Made by a program: the position numbers and the translations under genes | Part shown: piece after piece, positions 11,128 to 24,200 of the stretch | How positions within the stretch are numbered: the first letter of the stretch is position 1 | Layout of the letters: every line of letters begins with the position of its first letter | Assembly: GCA_002269645.1 (NCBI GenBank) | Contig: NIVC01000725.1 | Coordinates: 496,296 to 560,295 of the forward strand | DNA: 64,000 bases | Source of the DNA: Macrostomum lignano | Lineage: Eukaryota | Direction of reading: 5' to 3' | The notes under the pieces: generated by a model | What the model was told of the DNA's origin: nothing | The model's input: the letters and a program-made list of their open reading frames with translations, nothing else | Databases searched by the model: none

Positions 11128-13072
11128 TATTCGTGTTGTAGCAGTGTATTCTAGCGTAAAACAGGACAATTTTCCGTTTTGTGGTCTGGAGTGCCTCTCT
11201 TGTCTGATTGTATTGTTATATACCTACTGAGAAAATAGGACCAGTTAAAATTCTCGTCTCCGACTAATTCTATTGGCTGCTCTGAGATCATAAAGCATAT
11301 TCGAATGTACAGAAAAACTGTATGTATCCAGCAGCACGGTAGTATCTGTCGTGTCGTCCTAATTTTGTGTCTTCTTCATGGACAGTCGTCGGTGACGCGT
11401 TTGATCTTTTGCAGTCTTTGCTAATGCGTCCGCAGCCATCGATCTTGATCTGTATTCCTCTCGCCTCCCGGGGCCGTATCGTCTTCGCCGTGTCGACGAA
11501 TCACCTGAGCTTTTCCTTGCTACGTTGAGCAACTTTCGCTGACGAAGGGTCATTGGATGCCGAAAAAATTCTACGATCTGAAACCAAGCTCATCGATGTC
11601 TGTCTCATAATAACCAAGGTTCTTATTAGCCAAATGTGCTCAATGACTGCTATTTAATTTTGCATTTGTCCGATATTTTTACTTTAGTCTCCGCGAGTAG
11701 ATTATGAAAACAATTACTGCTTCGGGGACAGGGATGCTTTCTACTGAACCGTTTCGTCTTCATGGTCAGTGTTGCGTCAGACTTTTTATTCTTATTTGAG
11801 TAAACTCGATCTATACGCAACATGCATGGTTAGCTTGGTTAGCTATACTGACTACTGACTAAGTAGCTAGCTGAAGTCTCTTATACACGATATTGCATTT
11901 ACCGAATCACTGACAGCAGTTCCTGATTGGGATTTTCAAACCAGGTGGCAATTCTGCAATTCCAAAGTGGCAAAGTGCAGCCTTGCCAAGCCTCCAAATT
12001 TCATCAGCACGTCGACCGCATGCGTCTGCATCAGCTCTGACTTTGTTTGTTGGTCACTGGCCTTCAAGAGCTTCTAGTAGACATTCAACAGGTGGCACCA
12101 GGTGACTATGAACACCCTGTTGCGATTGTCTCTGAGTTCGCTGTATCAAGCCTCGACAGGGAGAATACCTGAAGTGCTGTGTATCCTCAAACATCCCGTC
12201 ATCACCCCGACGCCTACCTTTACCGGGTACGGGTGACACCTGGCGATCGACGGGCCGAGTTATTCCATCATACCTTTTACATTTCTGACGCTCTTAAAAA
12301 TTATTTTCAAACACAAGAATGGCTACTATAATTGCGAATTCGCTTAAAGGTATTGCTACTCATCGGCTATTAATATTTTAATTGGCAAGTTGTTTACCTC
12401 TTAAACTGTTAATTGAATCGCACTTTTAAAAAGGGTCTCGCCTTTAAAAAACTACTAAATATTTATTGAATTGACTGTGGTGCAAATTAAACTTAAGATA
12501 TCTTAAGATCAAGTATCAATTACTTTTTCGTTTAAAAACAAAGGAAGTTTTACGCAAAAACGCCGAAGGATGAGGGCCGCTACCAGGACACAAACATTCC
12601 TGCGTACGCCACTGCATTCGTGTCTGCAGTTGCAAGTAGCTAGCTATATGATAGAAATACTTGAGTGTAGGGAGCATATTTCTAGTGCAAGAGCTAATCG
12701 CTTTGGGCAAGCAGATCAGGAAAGCACGAGCACCCCCGAGGAGAAGAGAAGGTTTGCATCATGTACAGCTCTTGCACTTACGAGTTGGCTGCAAGCAGTT
12801 GTTGATCTAGTTTGCCTAATACCCGTCTGAAATGCCGTCCAATTTCCTTAGCAGAATCCTAAGTTGAGCCCCCCATCCCGCCGCATGTCTGTCTGCTTAG
12901 GGCGGCTCCCAGAGGGCAAGCGAGAGATTGCCCGCAAATGCATGCAAATTCAATTGGGAAATTGCTGTGACATGTGAATGCATGATTACAAGCACAAGTG
13001 AGAATTATGTTGCTTATTTAGTTCCGGAGCTGAATTTAGGCCTAGTGAAAGTTCTACCAAGATGTATGAGTA

Positions 13073-13443
13073 GGGGGGCGTGGTTAAGTGCGGCACTTTG
13101 ATGTACCAGCAGCATGGGCTCGATTCTAAGAGCAGTCATTTTAATAATTTTGGGACTAAATTGAAATCTCGGCTTGGCTCTGCTCGTGCAATCAACGCCC
13201 TTGAGGTCCAACCCCCAAGGCACAGTGAAGTGTACATGCGTAACGATAAATGTAGTTAGGACCGCTGTGCACTCCTGTGTGTGTGTGCCTGTGCGTATGA
13301 CTGCGTACGTGTCCGCGCACTTGTGTGCCTGCTCAGGGGAGTCGGGTGGGAATGGGCTGTAATGCCTCTTGGCCGCGGTTGTGCGACAGTGTCGTTGAAA
13401 GTGCCCCAGGGTGCACACCGCCCCTTTTACTCTAATAAAAATT
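13073..13443 (+). mobile_element. tRNA-derived SINE, copy 1 (~370 bp)
   Basis: Head ggggcgtggttaagtg (A-box-like) and gggctcgattct (B-box-like). Body aligns with 57574-57929; A-rich end ctctaataaaaa. Confidence 0.75.
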
Positions 13444-14224
13444 ATATCAGTGACTTAATTACTGTGTAATTACTATTGAATACCTCTTGAAACCCTCTTA
13501 CTCTTACCAACTATGGGCTCCAGAGCACAAGGCCCTTCTAATACTGTATTGATACTGAATCACCCTGTTATGACACGGTGCTCGCGCAGTAGCTGCTCTG
13601 AACCATGGCAGAAATAGTCACAGCTGTCAGTTCAATCAAATGCATGCAATTTACATGCAGTTGGACACCATGGACTTCGATAAGGAAACTGCACACACAC
13701 TATAGGCCTGCGATTGAGAAAGTTATTAATCACGAAATAACAGCTTGTCATGGAATAAATTGATATTCCACCCTAAAACTCTCATAAAGAATCGGAGGAG
13801 TAGGGAGATTGCTGTGAGTAGGTTGGAAATTCATTCTAATAAAATGGTGTGCATATATATATAGAGTGAACTAATATATTTGATGCCTTGCGCACAACCA
13901 TATGCTCCAAATCTGTACGTGACCGCACTGCCGATATGGTCACCTCCCAGTCGTATAGTTGGAGAGAGGAAAATACTGGATGTGGGAGACGGCCGAGAAT
14001 TTATTAGATTGCGGCCAATCCTCGATGAGCGAATGGCGGTGGAGAAGAGGGCGAACGATAGAAAAAGGCAAGTGTATAAAATAATAATACCGTTCAAGTC
14101 ATAGCGCTGCCTTCCAGACCTGTCCTGACCAATTTATGCTGAAACTGCCATTGTACGCACGAGTCGGCCATGTGCGCGCGCTGCAGACAGTCCAGCATTT
14201 GCTGATCCTCACTGCTCCATCGAG

Positions 14225-14904
14225 ATGCCGCTGCAGAATGCAGCCTCCAGGCGGAAGGGCTGGTGCACTCGGCTGAACATTCGCGCCGACAACGCTAGAT
14301 TTCTGCTGCTAGCTGTGCTGATGCTGGTGTACATGCTTGCTGGCGCTGCCGTCTTCATGGCCATCGAAGGCCCCAGAGAGCAGGCGGAGAAAGCGAAGTA
14401 CTTCAAATTTGCTCAGGACTTTCGCGCTCGCTACGCCGCGGTACTCAATCTCAGCGAACTGGACGACTACCTGAGCTTGCATGCTGACGCGTTCACATCC
14501 GGCTACCTGACCGACAGGCGACCCCGGTGGGACTACTCAGGCTCTTTCTACTTTGTTGGCACTGTTGTCTCTACCATTGGTGAGGCCAAAACAGAGCCCA
14601 GTCTAGTTCAACAAAACTGCTGTGAAATCTCCCCATTACATTACTTGGATCACCATTTAAAGTTTATTAAGACGGGCCAACATCGAATTCTGTCACCGGC
14701 ATGAGGTAGAACTCAGTTTTGTAGTAAAGAACTGAGAGTGAGAGTGGGAGAGAGAGAGAGAGAGTGTGTGTGTGTGAGAGAGAGAAAGAGGGAGAGTGAG
14801 AGAGTGAGAGAGAGAGAGAGGAGGAGAGTGAGAGAGAGAGAGAGAGTGTGTGTGTGAGAGAGAGAAAGAGGGAGAGTGAGAGAGTGAGAGAGAGAGAGAG
14901 AGGA

Positions 14905-14938
<34 letters not shown>

Positions 14939-15129
14939 GAGGAGAGAGAGAGAGATAGTGTGTGTGTGTGTGAGAGAGGAAGAGAGAGAGGTAGAGTGAG
15001 AGAGTGAGAGTGGGGAGTGACAGAGAAAGAGAGAGAGAGAGAGTAAGAGAGAGAGTGACAGAGAAAGAGAAAGAGAGAGAGTGAGAGAGTGAGAGAGAGA
15101 GAGAGAGAGTGGTAGAGAGACAGAGTAAA

Positions 15130-15203
<74 letters not shown>

Positions 15204-18200
15204 TGGTAGAGAGAGAAATGGAGAAGGCCGGGGTGTCATAAATCTGGTGCGGGAGAAAGCAAGCGCTGCTGATTTCTGTTGGGATCAAGCCGGCAGGGGA
15301 TCCAGCAGCAGAATCTACTGTGCCACATACGCAGTTATGATTTCGAGAGATTTGCTGCTTAGCCCCCCCCCACCCCACCCAGCTGCATTCTATCCACTAG
15401 CAAGCATTCTGACCCGGCAGAAACACAGGCGCACAAAGCAGCACAGAGAGGCGTATCAGATTCGTTGCTAGGAATTCTCGTTGCACCATTGCGACTCCTC
15501 TATCGCAGATTTTTCCGCCAAAGTGATTAAGCGTGTTTCGCCTCGACCTCGCCATTGCCTCCCGCTACCCTCAATCTTTTCTTCTCCTGGTTGGAAAATA
15601 TTATTAAAAGTCACTGCCGTATGAATTTGGCGATTCTTTAACCTTTTCGGCTAGTTGAATTATATCTGTGTGTGTGGTCTGTCCTTTATAAATGTTCGAC
15701 TTTACGCCTCTCTGTGTAATCACTCCGTTCGTCAATCAAAACTGGTTTTGCGGAAATAGTGCGAGGCCTACTCGTATCTGTGCGTGCCTATTTGTACCAG
15801 CAGCTGCGAATGCCGCTTTCAAATCGCCAAGGGCCAGATAGAGAACCTAAGTGCATTAGTACGGGCCAGAGGAGGGGACAGAGAGGAGAGAGAAAAAGGG
15901 AGAGATCAGAGTAAGAAGAGGCGAGGAGAGGGAATAAAGTCAAAGAGAGGAGACAAGGGGAGAGGAGAGGGAGGCAAGATGAGTACAAGATAACGGAGAG
16001 GAGAGGAGAGGAGAGGAGGAGAGAGGAGAAAAAAGAGAGGAGAGGATAGGAGAGGAGAGGAGAGGAGAGGAGAGGAGAGGAGAGGAGAGGAGAAAAAAGG
16101 AGAGGAGAGGAGAGGAGGAGAGAGGAGAAAAAAGGAGTGGAGAGGAGAGGAGAGAAGGGAGGGGAGAAGAGAGGAGAGGAGTGAGGAAAAAGGAGTAGAG
16201 TGGAGAGGAAAGACGAGAAAAGAGAAGAGAGAGGAGATTCGAGAGAAGGGAGCTGAGAAGAGACAGAAACCTCGAGCGGGCCGGATTGCTATTGTGAACT
16301 TTCAAATGACCTGAGGGCCGGAGTTCCCTAACCACCTGGTATTAATGCTTTACTGCAGACAGCAGCTTATTGTGTATGCTAAGATCTTAGCAAAACTATC
16401 AGCGTCTCCCAGAGTCTAGACGCACAGTTACTAAGTCGCATACGAGTAGCTGTAGAAGGAATTCCCAGGAGAAATTCATCCAGCAGCGAACTGAGATGCG
16501 TGAGCTGATTCATTGGGATCGTGAGGATTCTAATAATTGTTAGCTTTGCCTCGATCGGAAATGCCAATTCCAAGAATTGCACATCTCCGGAATATTGGCG
16601 CCATCCATCCTAACGAATTGAGTTTTAGTTCCATGGCGACGTCTCTGATGGTAGTCTGAGATTTTAGAATGCTCGCTTCCCGAAGAAAAAATTCCCCAGC
16701 ATCGAGTCAAGTGGCCCAGAAACTGGAAACTGAGAGCGCACCCGGGGTTCTGTTTTCCTTATCTGAATTATTCACAGGTTCTTCAGGTGAAGAAGTGGGT
16801 TAAGCTGAAGTCAGTCAGTAGGTCAGTGCACTGGTACACTCATACTTTTCACTCACCGCTCTTCTTGTTCACCTGCTGCTGGGAAACATGCTGGTGAACC
16901 TTTGCCGAGATAGTTCGTGAAAGAAAGAGAACAGCGGGGACACCTGCAGTTTTTCTCAAGCCTTTCTCGACTTTGGGAAAAAACAGTTTAAAAATCCTAA
17001 TTTTTTCCCTATAGCTACTCTCGAACTTGCATTTCGCTTCGTAGGTATGACTGAAAGCGTTTTTATTTACAAAATATCCAAAAATATTGTCAATTAGATA
17101 TCCTTTTCCATAGATTCCAGTGAATGCTAAAAATAGCAACATTGTTGTAAAGAAAACAAAAACCTTTCCGGTCCAGGGCTTTAGAGAAGCGACTCGATCT
17201 GTATTCTCAACAGGCAGAAACGAAATCAAGTGATTTATTTTCATCAACTCTCCTATAAGCATATACAGACACACTGAGAGAGAGACGGGGAACTGTCAAC
17301 ACACACCCAGAGAATCGTCACGAGGCTATTGCGTGCGTCTGTCAGTCTGCCAGTCAGGAATTCAATATCAGTTTATCTGATGCATTACACACAGTCAGTT
17401 CTACCAGCTAATAATGTCAGCGGCTTATTGCCGGCAGTGTCAGGCTCGTGTGTCCAGCTTTGATAAGACAAATAAATGTGTAGGTCGACAAGGGACGTGA
17501 GACTGGATAATTGGATGGATAAATCAAAATGGCTTAGAGTCTACTGTATCGTATAAAGGATTCAGCAACCGACTTAGAAGTAAGTGAAATGGACTGCTCC
17601 TAACTAACTAAATAAGTAATACGGCGCCTCAGCCATTTAGCAGGCTCTTACGCCACTAGAGAAATATTTGAGTTCCAGATAGGGAGTGTACTTATGTACA
17701 CTAAAAGCCAAGTTAGACTATAGAGGACTGTACAGGGCAGAATCATAAAAACCAAACCTCCCCGGGGGACAGTGACAGCGGTTCGACGAACCAGTCAGGA
17801 GGGGGGCGCTTCATAAGACCTAAATTTCACAACGCCTAAAGCACATGACTTCACATCACCTAAATTTCATAACGCCTAAATTTCACAACGCCTAAAATCG
17901 AAAATGCAGCCTCCTTCACAACGCCTAAATTTCACATCGCCTAAATTTCACAACGCCTAAAATTTCTGCACGCTCCTTCACATCGCCTAAATTTCATATC
18001 GCCTAAATTTCATAACGCCTAAAACCGAAAATGCATCCTACTTCATATCGCCTAAACTTCATATCGCCTAAATTTCACAACACCTAAAACTGAATGTGAA
18101 GGAGAGCGTGCAAATATTTTAGGCGTTGTGAAATTTAGGCAATATGAAATTTAGGCGTTGTGAAGTGTGGTGGTTTTAGGCGTTGTGAAATTTAGGTCTT

Positions 18201-21200
18201 ATGAAAGCGTCCCGTCAGGAGCCCGTGCCCAAAAACCAGGTTAGATAGACCCCTTAGCCTATTAGGGATGGCCCGAAGGCCGAGAGCCGTGGCTACCATG
18301 CTGGGGCCGACCGCCCACCACCCCCGGGTACAATTCATAAACCTCCCCGGGGCCAGAGGGGGTTGAGTGAACCAATCAGGGAAGCCCGTGCCTTCTCCAG
18401 GGTTAGATAAGCCAAAAAACCGGTCAATTGACCCCCCACGGCCGTGGCAACCCGAAGGAGCCTCCCCCCAACTAAACCCCGGGTACTCTTGCCAGACAGT
18501 CACTTATCTTTGAAGCGGCAGGAGGGCTATTCGCCGGGACTATTTCACCCTTTGCTTCGCCAACCCGACATTTCTATAGTGACCGTGCCAACGGTCTCGT
18601 CCTGCTCAGACTCAGTCCTGGTTCTGGCACACTCCAGCTTTAATAGGGTCGCTGGCTGTACGCTCAGAGGGCGCCTGAGGGATACCGTCAGAGCACCTTG
18701 GTACAGGTATAGGCCTGCCTTCCTATGCAGCTACCCACAGCCCTTCCCGATCCACTATTACCCTCCAACCCAGCCTACTCACTCATTACAAGCTTTCAGC
18801 CAGGCAGAGACAAGTTTCACCGGAGTGACTGCGGTTAGGCGTCTCTATGCGAGACAAAACCAAGTGAAATGGACTACTCCAATTCCACAAACCACTTGTA
18901 GCCTAAATGTGCTTGGACCAGCTTATAGTCTTCGTTATCTTAGTCTTCGTTAACTGTCGATCTTACCTCTTGATTAGGTTCGCCATGCAGAAATTAAAGT
19001 GACCCGAACTAAGGTTTTAAAGGGCCTCAGGAAAAAAAATGGAGTGAAGTCACGCAGCTCCACTTTTGAGCAGGTTTTAACCAATTCAAGGAGCACGACT
19101 TCGGGCTCACTTTTTGTTGCGCACCTTCTCAAACAAGAATCCAGTCTCCAACCCTCCCCATAAGCGCCATCTATGCGCCTCTGTGCTGCCTTTGCCAAGC
19201 CTACTTGCAAGAACGTTCAAGATCTTCGCTATGATAATACTTAGGTAAACTTATCAGATCTGCACGACTTGCTACATCGTACAAGATCTTAACTTTTATA
19301 TCTTTTTATAGCTTCGAATCGCATATTTTATTAAATTTATTGTCCCCATTTTGCCATAAAATAAAAAAATACTAAAGCTAGAACACTTAAGCCAAATGAA
19401 TGACAAAACAAATTTACCTCCCTTCTTAGAAGTCCTGCAAGAACCGAGCAGATTGAGAAGATCTGCCAAGAATGGCACAGAGACAAGATCTGCTAAGTTT
19501 GAGAAACAGAATATCCTCTAGGGAAGTCTCCAAATTTCATCAGCAAGTGGACCACGTGTGCCTGCATCAGCTCCGACTTCGTTGGTTACTGGCCTTCACC
19601 CAGGCGGAGCTTCTGGACCTTCATTCAACAGATGGCACCAGGTGACTGGTATGGATATCAGCTGTTGCAAATTTGATCTCTGGTCAAGCCTCGACAGTGG
19701 ACAAGCCTCAACTGCTAGACATCCCTAGCTAGTCTCTCAAGCATTCGATCGTCATGCAAACGGATTCGCCTCCTTCAACGATAACGACACCAGGCAACTA
19801 TTTATAGAAACCGGAAGCTATAGTCTATGGCCAAGCCTGCAAATTTAAAGCGTCCTCTTTCTTGTTCGCACTAGTCAACAGCTCTTCGGCCGCAATGTTG
19901 ACACAATGTTGAGCAATCTAGGTGTCTTAAGGTGTCTTTAGACCGAACAAACCGTGCACTCAAAACTGTAGAGGCCATTCTCTCTGCCACCAAATTTGTC
20001 CCGAAACCACCTCATTTGGCTAAAGAAGGGTGCAGCGCGCTAAAACTCGATTTGTTTTCCTATGTGAGCGTTCGCTTATCCATCTTATTTTGCCGGATCA
20101 ATTGTGAACTGAGAGTTGGCTAGAGCTGGTGCAGCCGCAGTCTTAGTGGAGTCTGATTGCCTTGTTGTGAAATTAGGAGTGGCAGGCGTGGCCAACAAGG
20201 ATGCTGCAGTGATCGTGCCGTGCAGAGAAATTATTGAGCAGCTCGCCAAGTAATGTTATAGTAAGCAGATCGATGAGTTAAAAAGCTGAACAGTTGTGTC
20301 GGCTTTTTGTGCGGCGTGCTCATCGAGCTGAGAGAAGGAGTGTGCGGGGAGGGTGAGAGAGGGAGGGAGAGGGAAAGTGAGAGGGGAGAGTAAGAGAGGG
20401 AGTGTGGTAGAGGTAGAGGGAGCGAAGGAAATTAAAAGTGAGTGAGGGGGAGAGTGGGAGATAGAGGTTGAGATTGAGAGGGAGAGAGGGATAGGGAGAA
20501 CAGGGAGAATGAGAGAGGGATAGAGAGAGTGAGAGAGGGAGAGGGAGGGTGAGAGAAGGAGAGTGGATAGGGAGAGGCAGAGGGAGAGGGGGAGAGGGAG
20601 AGAGGGAGAAAGAGAGAGAGGGAGAGGAAGAGGGAGAGGGAGAGGGAGAGTGAGAGAGGGAGAGTGAGAGTGAGAGAGGGAGAGGGAGGGAGGGAGAAAG
20701 AGAGAGAGGGAGAGGAAGAGGGAGAGGGAGAGGGAGAGTGAGAGAGGGAGAGTGAGAGTGAGAGAGGGAGAGGGAGGGAGGTAGAGTGAGAGAGGGAGTA
20801 GAGTGAGATAGAGTGAGATAGAGAGGGAGAGTGAGAGAGGGAGAGTGAGAGTGAGAGAGGGAGAGGGAGGGAGGGAGAAAGAGAGAGGGAGAGGAAGAGG
20901 GAGAGGGAGAGTGAGAGAGGGAGAGTGAGAGTGAGAGTGAGAGAGGGAGAGGGAGGGAGGTAGAGTGAGAGAGGGAGTAGAGTGAGATAGAGTGAGATAG
21001 ATAGGGAGAGTAGAGTAGAGTGAGATAGGGAGAGGAAGAGGGAGAGGGAGAGAGGGAGAGGGAGAGTGAAAGGGAGAGGGATCAGAGTAACGAAACGAGA
21101 AACAGAGAAGGGAGAAACGAAGGTTGAGATTGAGAGGGGAAAGTGAGATTGAGAGGGAGAGTGGGAGAGGGAGAGGGCAAGGGGAGTGATAGTGAGAAAT

Positions 21201-24200
21201 TGAAAGAAGGATACACATCATTAAGGGAATAAATGCTGAGATCTATAGCTCTGTTAAGACCATGACCAGATCGAGTTAGGCAAAAGATCGCAGCCAATGA
21301 GACAGGAAATGACAAATTTACTTTCCAAGAACGGATCGATTCCTCCAGTCGCGTGCCGCGCACAACGCAACGCCCAAAAATCTCAGTGAAAGTGCAATTC
21401 AATTAGATGGCTGGGTCATAATTGCATTAGCAAGTCAAATTCACCAGATTGATGGCTGTTTCGCTTTTGGGGAGCTGCCGTCTCCTGGAGGGCAGACGAT
21501 ATCTCGTAAGATGCTTAATTTGAAAGAAACTTCTTCGCAATGAAAAAAACTTGAGAGTAAACAGCGAAAGTTCGTTTAGATGATTTCATGAAAACGTTTG
21601 CTCAATTCAAGATGAAGAATACCAGATTCAGAATCCTATCAGGCTATCAGGGAAATAAAAGGTTAAATGAATTGCATAGCACAATGGCTTGAAAATAAAA
21701 TATTGTAACTCCAGTCAGACACCCACCCCACTCCAGTCAGACACCCACCCCACTCACATTAGACACCAACCCCACACCAGTCAGACACCAACCCCACTCC
21801 AATCAGACAGCAAACCCACACCAGTCAGACATCAACCCCACTCCAGTCAGACACCAACCCCATTCCAATCAGACACCAACCCCACTCCACTCAGACACCA
21901 ACCCCACTCCACTCAGACACTAACTCCACTCCAAACAGACACCAACCACACTCCACTCAGACACTAACTCCACTCCACTCAGACACTAACTCCACTCCAA
22001 TCAGACACCAACCTTACTCCAGTCAGACAGCAACCCCATTCCACTCAGACACCAACCCCATTCCAATCAGACACCAACCCCACTCCACTCAGACACCAAC
22101 CCCACTCCACTCAGACACTAACTCCACTCCAAACAGACACCAACCACACTCCACTCAGACACTAACTCCACTCCACTCAGACACTAACTCCACTCCACTC
22201 AGACACCAACCCCACTCCACTCAGACACCAACTCCACTCCACTCAGACACTAACTCCACTCCACTCAGACACTAACTCCACTCCAATCAGACACCAACCT
22301 TACTCCAGTCAGACAGCAACCCCATTCCACTCAGACACCAACCCCATTCCAATCAGACACCAACCCCACTCCACTCAGACACCAACCCCACTCCACTCAG
22401 ACACTAACTCCACTCCAAACAGACACCAACCCCACTCCACTCAGACACTAACTCCACTCCACTCAGACACTAACTCCACTCCACTCAGACACCAACCCCA
22501 CTCCACTCAGACACCAACTCCACTCCACTCAGACACCAACCCCACTCCACTCAGACACTAACTCCACTCCAATCAGACACTAACTCCACTCCAATCAGAC
22601 ACTAACTCCACTCCAATCAGACACTAACTCCACTCCAATCAGACACCAACCCCACTCCATGCACTCAGACACCAACCCCACTCCACTCAGACACCAACCC
22701 CACTCCACCCAGACACCAACCCCACTCCATCCCCAGGGTTCGGCATGACCACGCCACGCACCATCGCCGGAAAGGCCCTGGTGATCTGGTACGGCTTCCT
22801 TGGCTGCTCAGGAGCCATCCTGTTCTTCAACCTGTTCCTGGAGAGGATCATCACCTTCTGGGCGCTGATCCTCCGCCAGCTGCACCAGCTGTCCAGCCGG
22901 CTCAAGGCGGCTCGCAAGCGTCGGCGAGCTCGGCAGTCAGGCGAGCTGCAGTACGAAACGGCCACCGTGACAGCGGCGGCTACCGCCCAGTCCTCAGCAG
23001 CCTCACCGTCGGGACCTTCAACAGACAAGACCGTCGGAGAAGGCTCTGCCGACTCGCTAGACAGCTGGAAGCCTTCAGTGTACAAGGTGCAATTCCTGCT
23101 GCTATGCACCGCCTGTGGCATCGCATGTACAGCCTCGGCCGTGTACCAACCTGTTGAGTCGTGGACCTACTTCGACTCGGTGTACTTCTGCTTTGTCGCC
23201 TTCTCGACCATTGGATTCGGCGATCTGGTGGTCAGCCAGCGGTCGGATTACGCATTTAGCACGCTGTACCGTGTGGGCAACTTCTGCTTTCTGATGCTGG
23301 GCTGCTGCTGCATCTATTCCTTCTTCAACGTGACCTCCCTGGTGCTGAGAACCATGCTGGACAGGATGATCCGGAGGCTGGACTGTCGGTGCACCAACTG
23401 CCTGAGGCCCAAGGCCAAGATGAGGACGCTGCCGCCGCCGCCAAGGTTCAGGAGGAATGCCATCACGGAGAGAGACGTGGAGGAGCAGGTGAGCCCCAAT
23501 ACCCACTCTATCATTACCCCAATACCCACTCTATCATCGCCCCAATACCCACTGTATCATCGCCCCAATACCCACTGTATCATCGCCTCAATACCCAGTC
23601 AAGAATCGCCCCAGTATCCATTCTATCATCGCCCCAACACCCAGTCAAGAATCGCCCCAATACCCATTCTATCATCGCCCCAATACCCAGTCAAGAATCA
23701 CTCCAATACCCAGTCAAGAATCACTCCAATACCCAGTCAAGAATCGCCCCAATACCCATTCTATCATCGCCCCAATACCCAGTCAAGAATCACTCCAATA
23801 CCCAGTCAAGAATCGCCCCAATACCCAGTCAAGAATCACTCCAATACCCAGTCAAGAATCACTCCAATACCCAGTCAAGAATCACTCCAATACCCAGTCA
23901 AGAATCGCCCCGATACCCAGTCAAGAATCATTCCAATACCCAGTCAAGAATCGCCCCAATACCCAGTCAAGAATCGCCCCAATACCCAGTCAAGAATCGC
24001 CCCAATACCCAGTCAAGAATCGCCCCAATACCCAATCAAGAATCGCCCCAATACCCAGTCAAGAATCGCCCCAATACCCAGTCAAGAATCGCCCCAATAC
24101 CCAGTCAAGAATCGCCCCAATACCCAGTCAAGAATCGCCCCAATACCCAGTCAAGAATCGCCCCAATACCCAGTCAAGAATCGCCCCAATACCCAGTCAA

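Noticed and set aside
13073-13135. tRNA gene (also 57574-57640)
   Set aside because: No complete cloverleaf or acceptor stem; it continues into a shared body and A-tail, so it is a SINE head.
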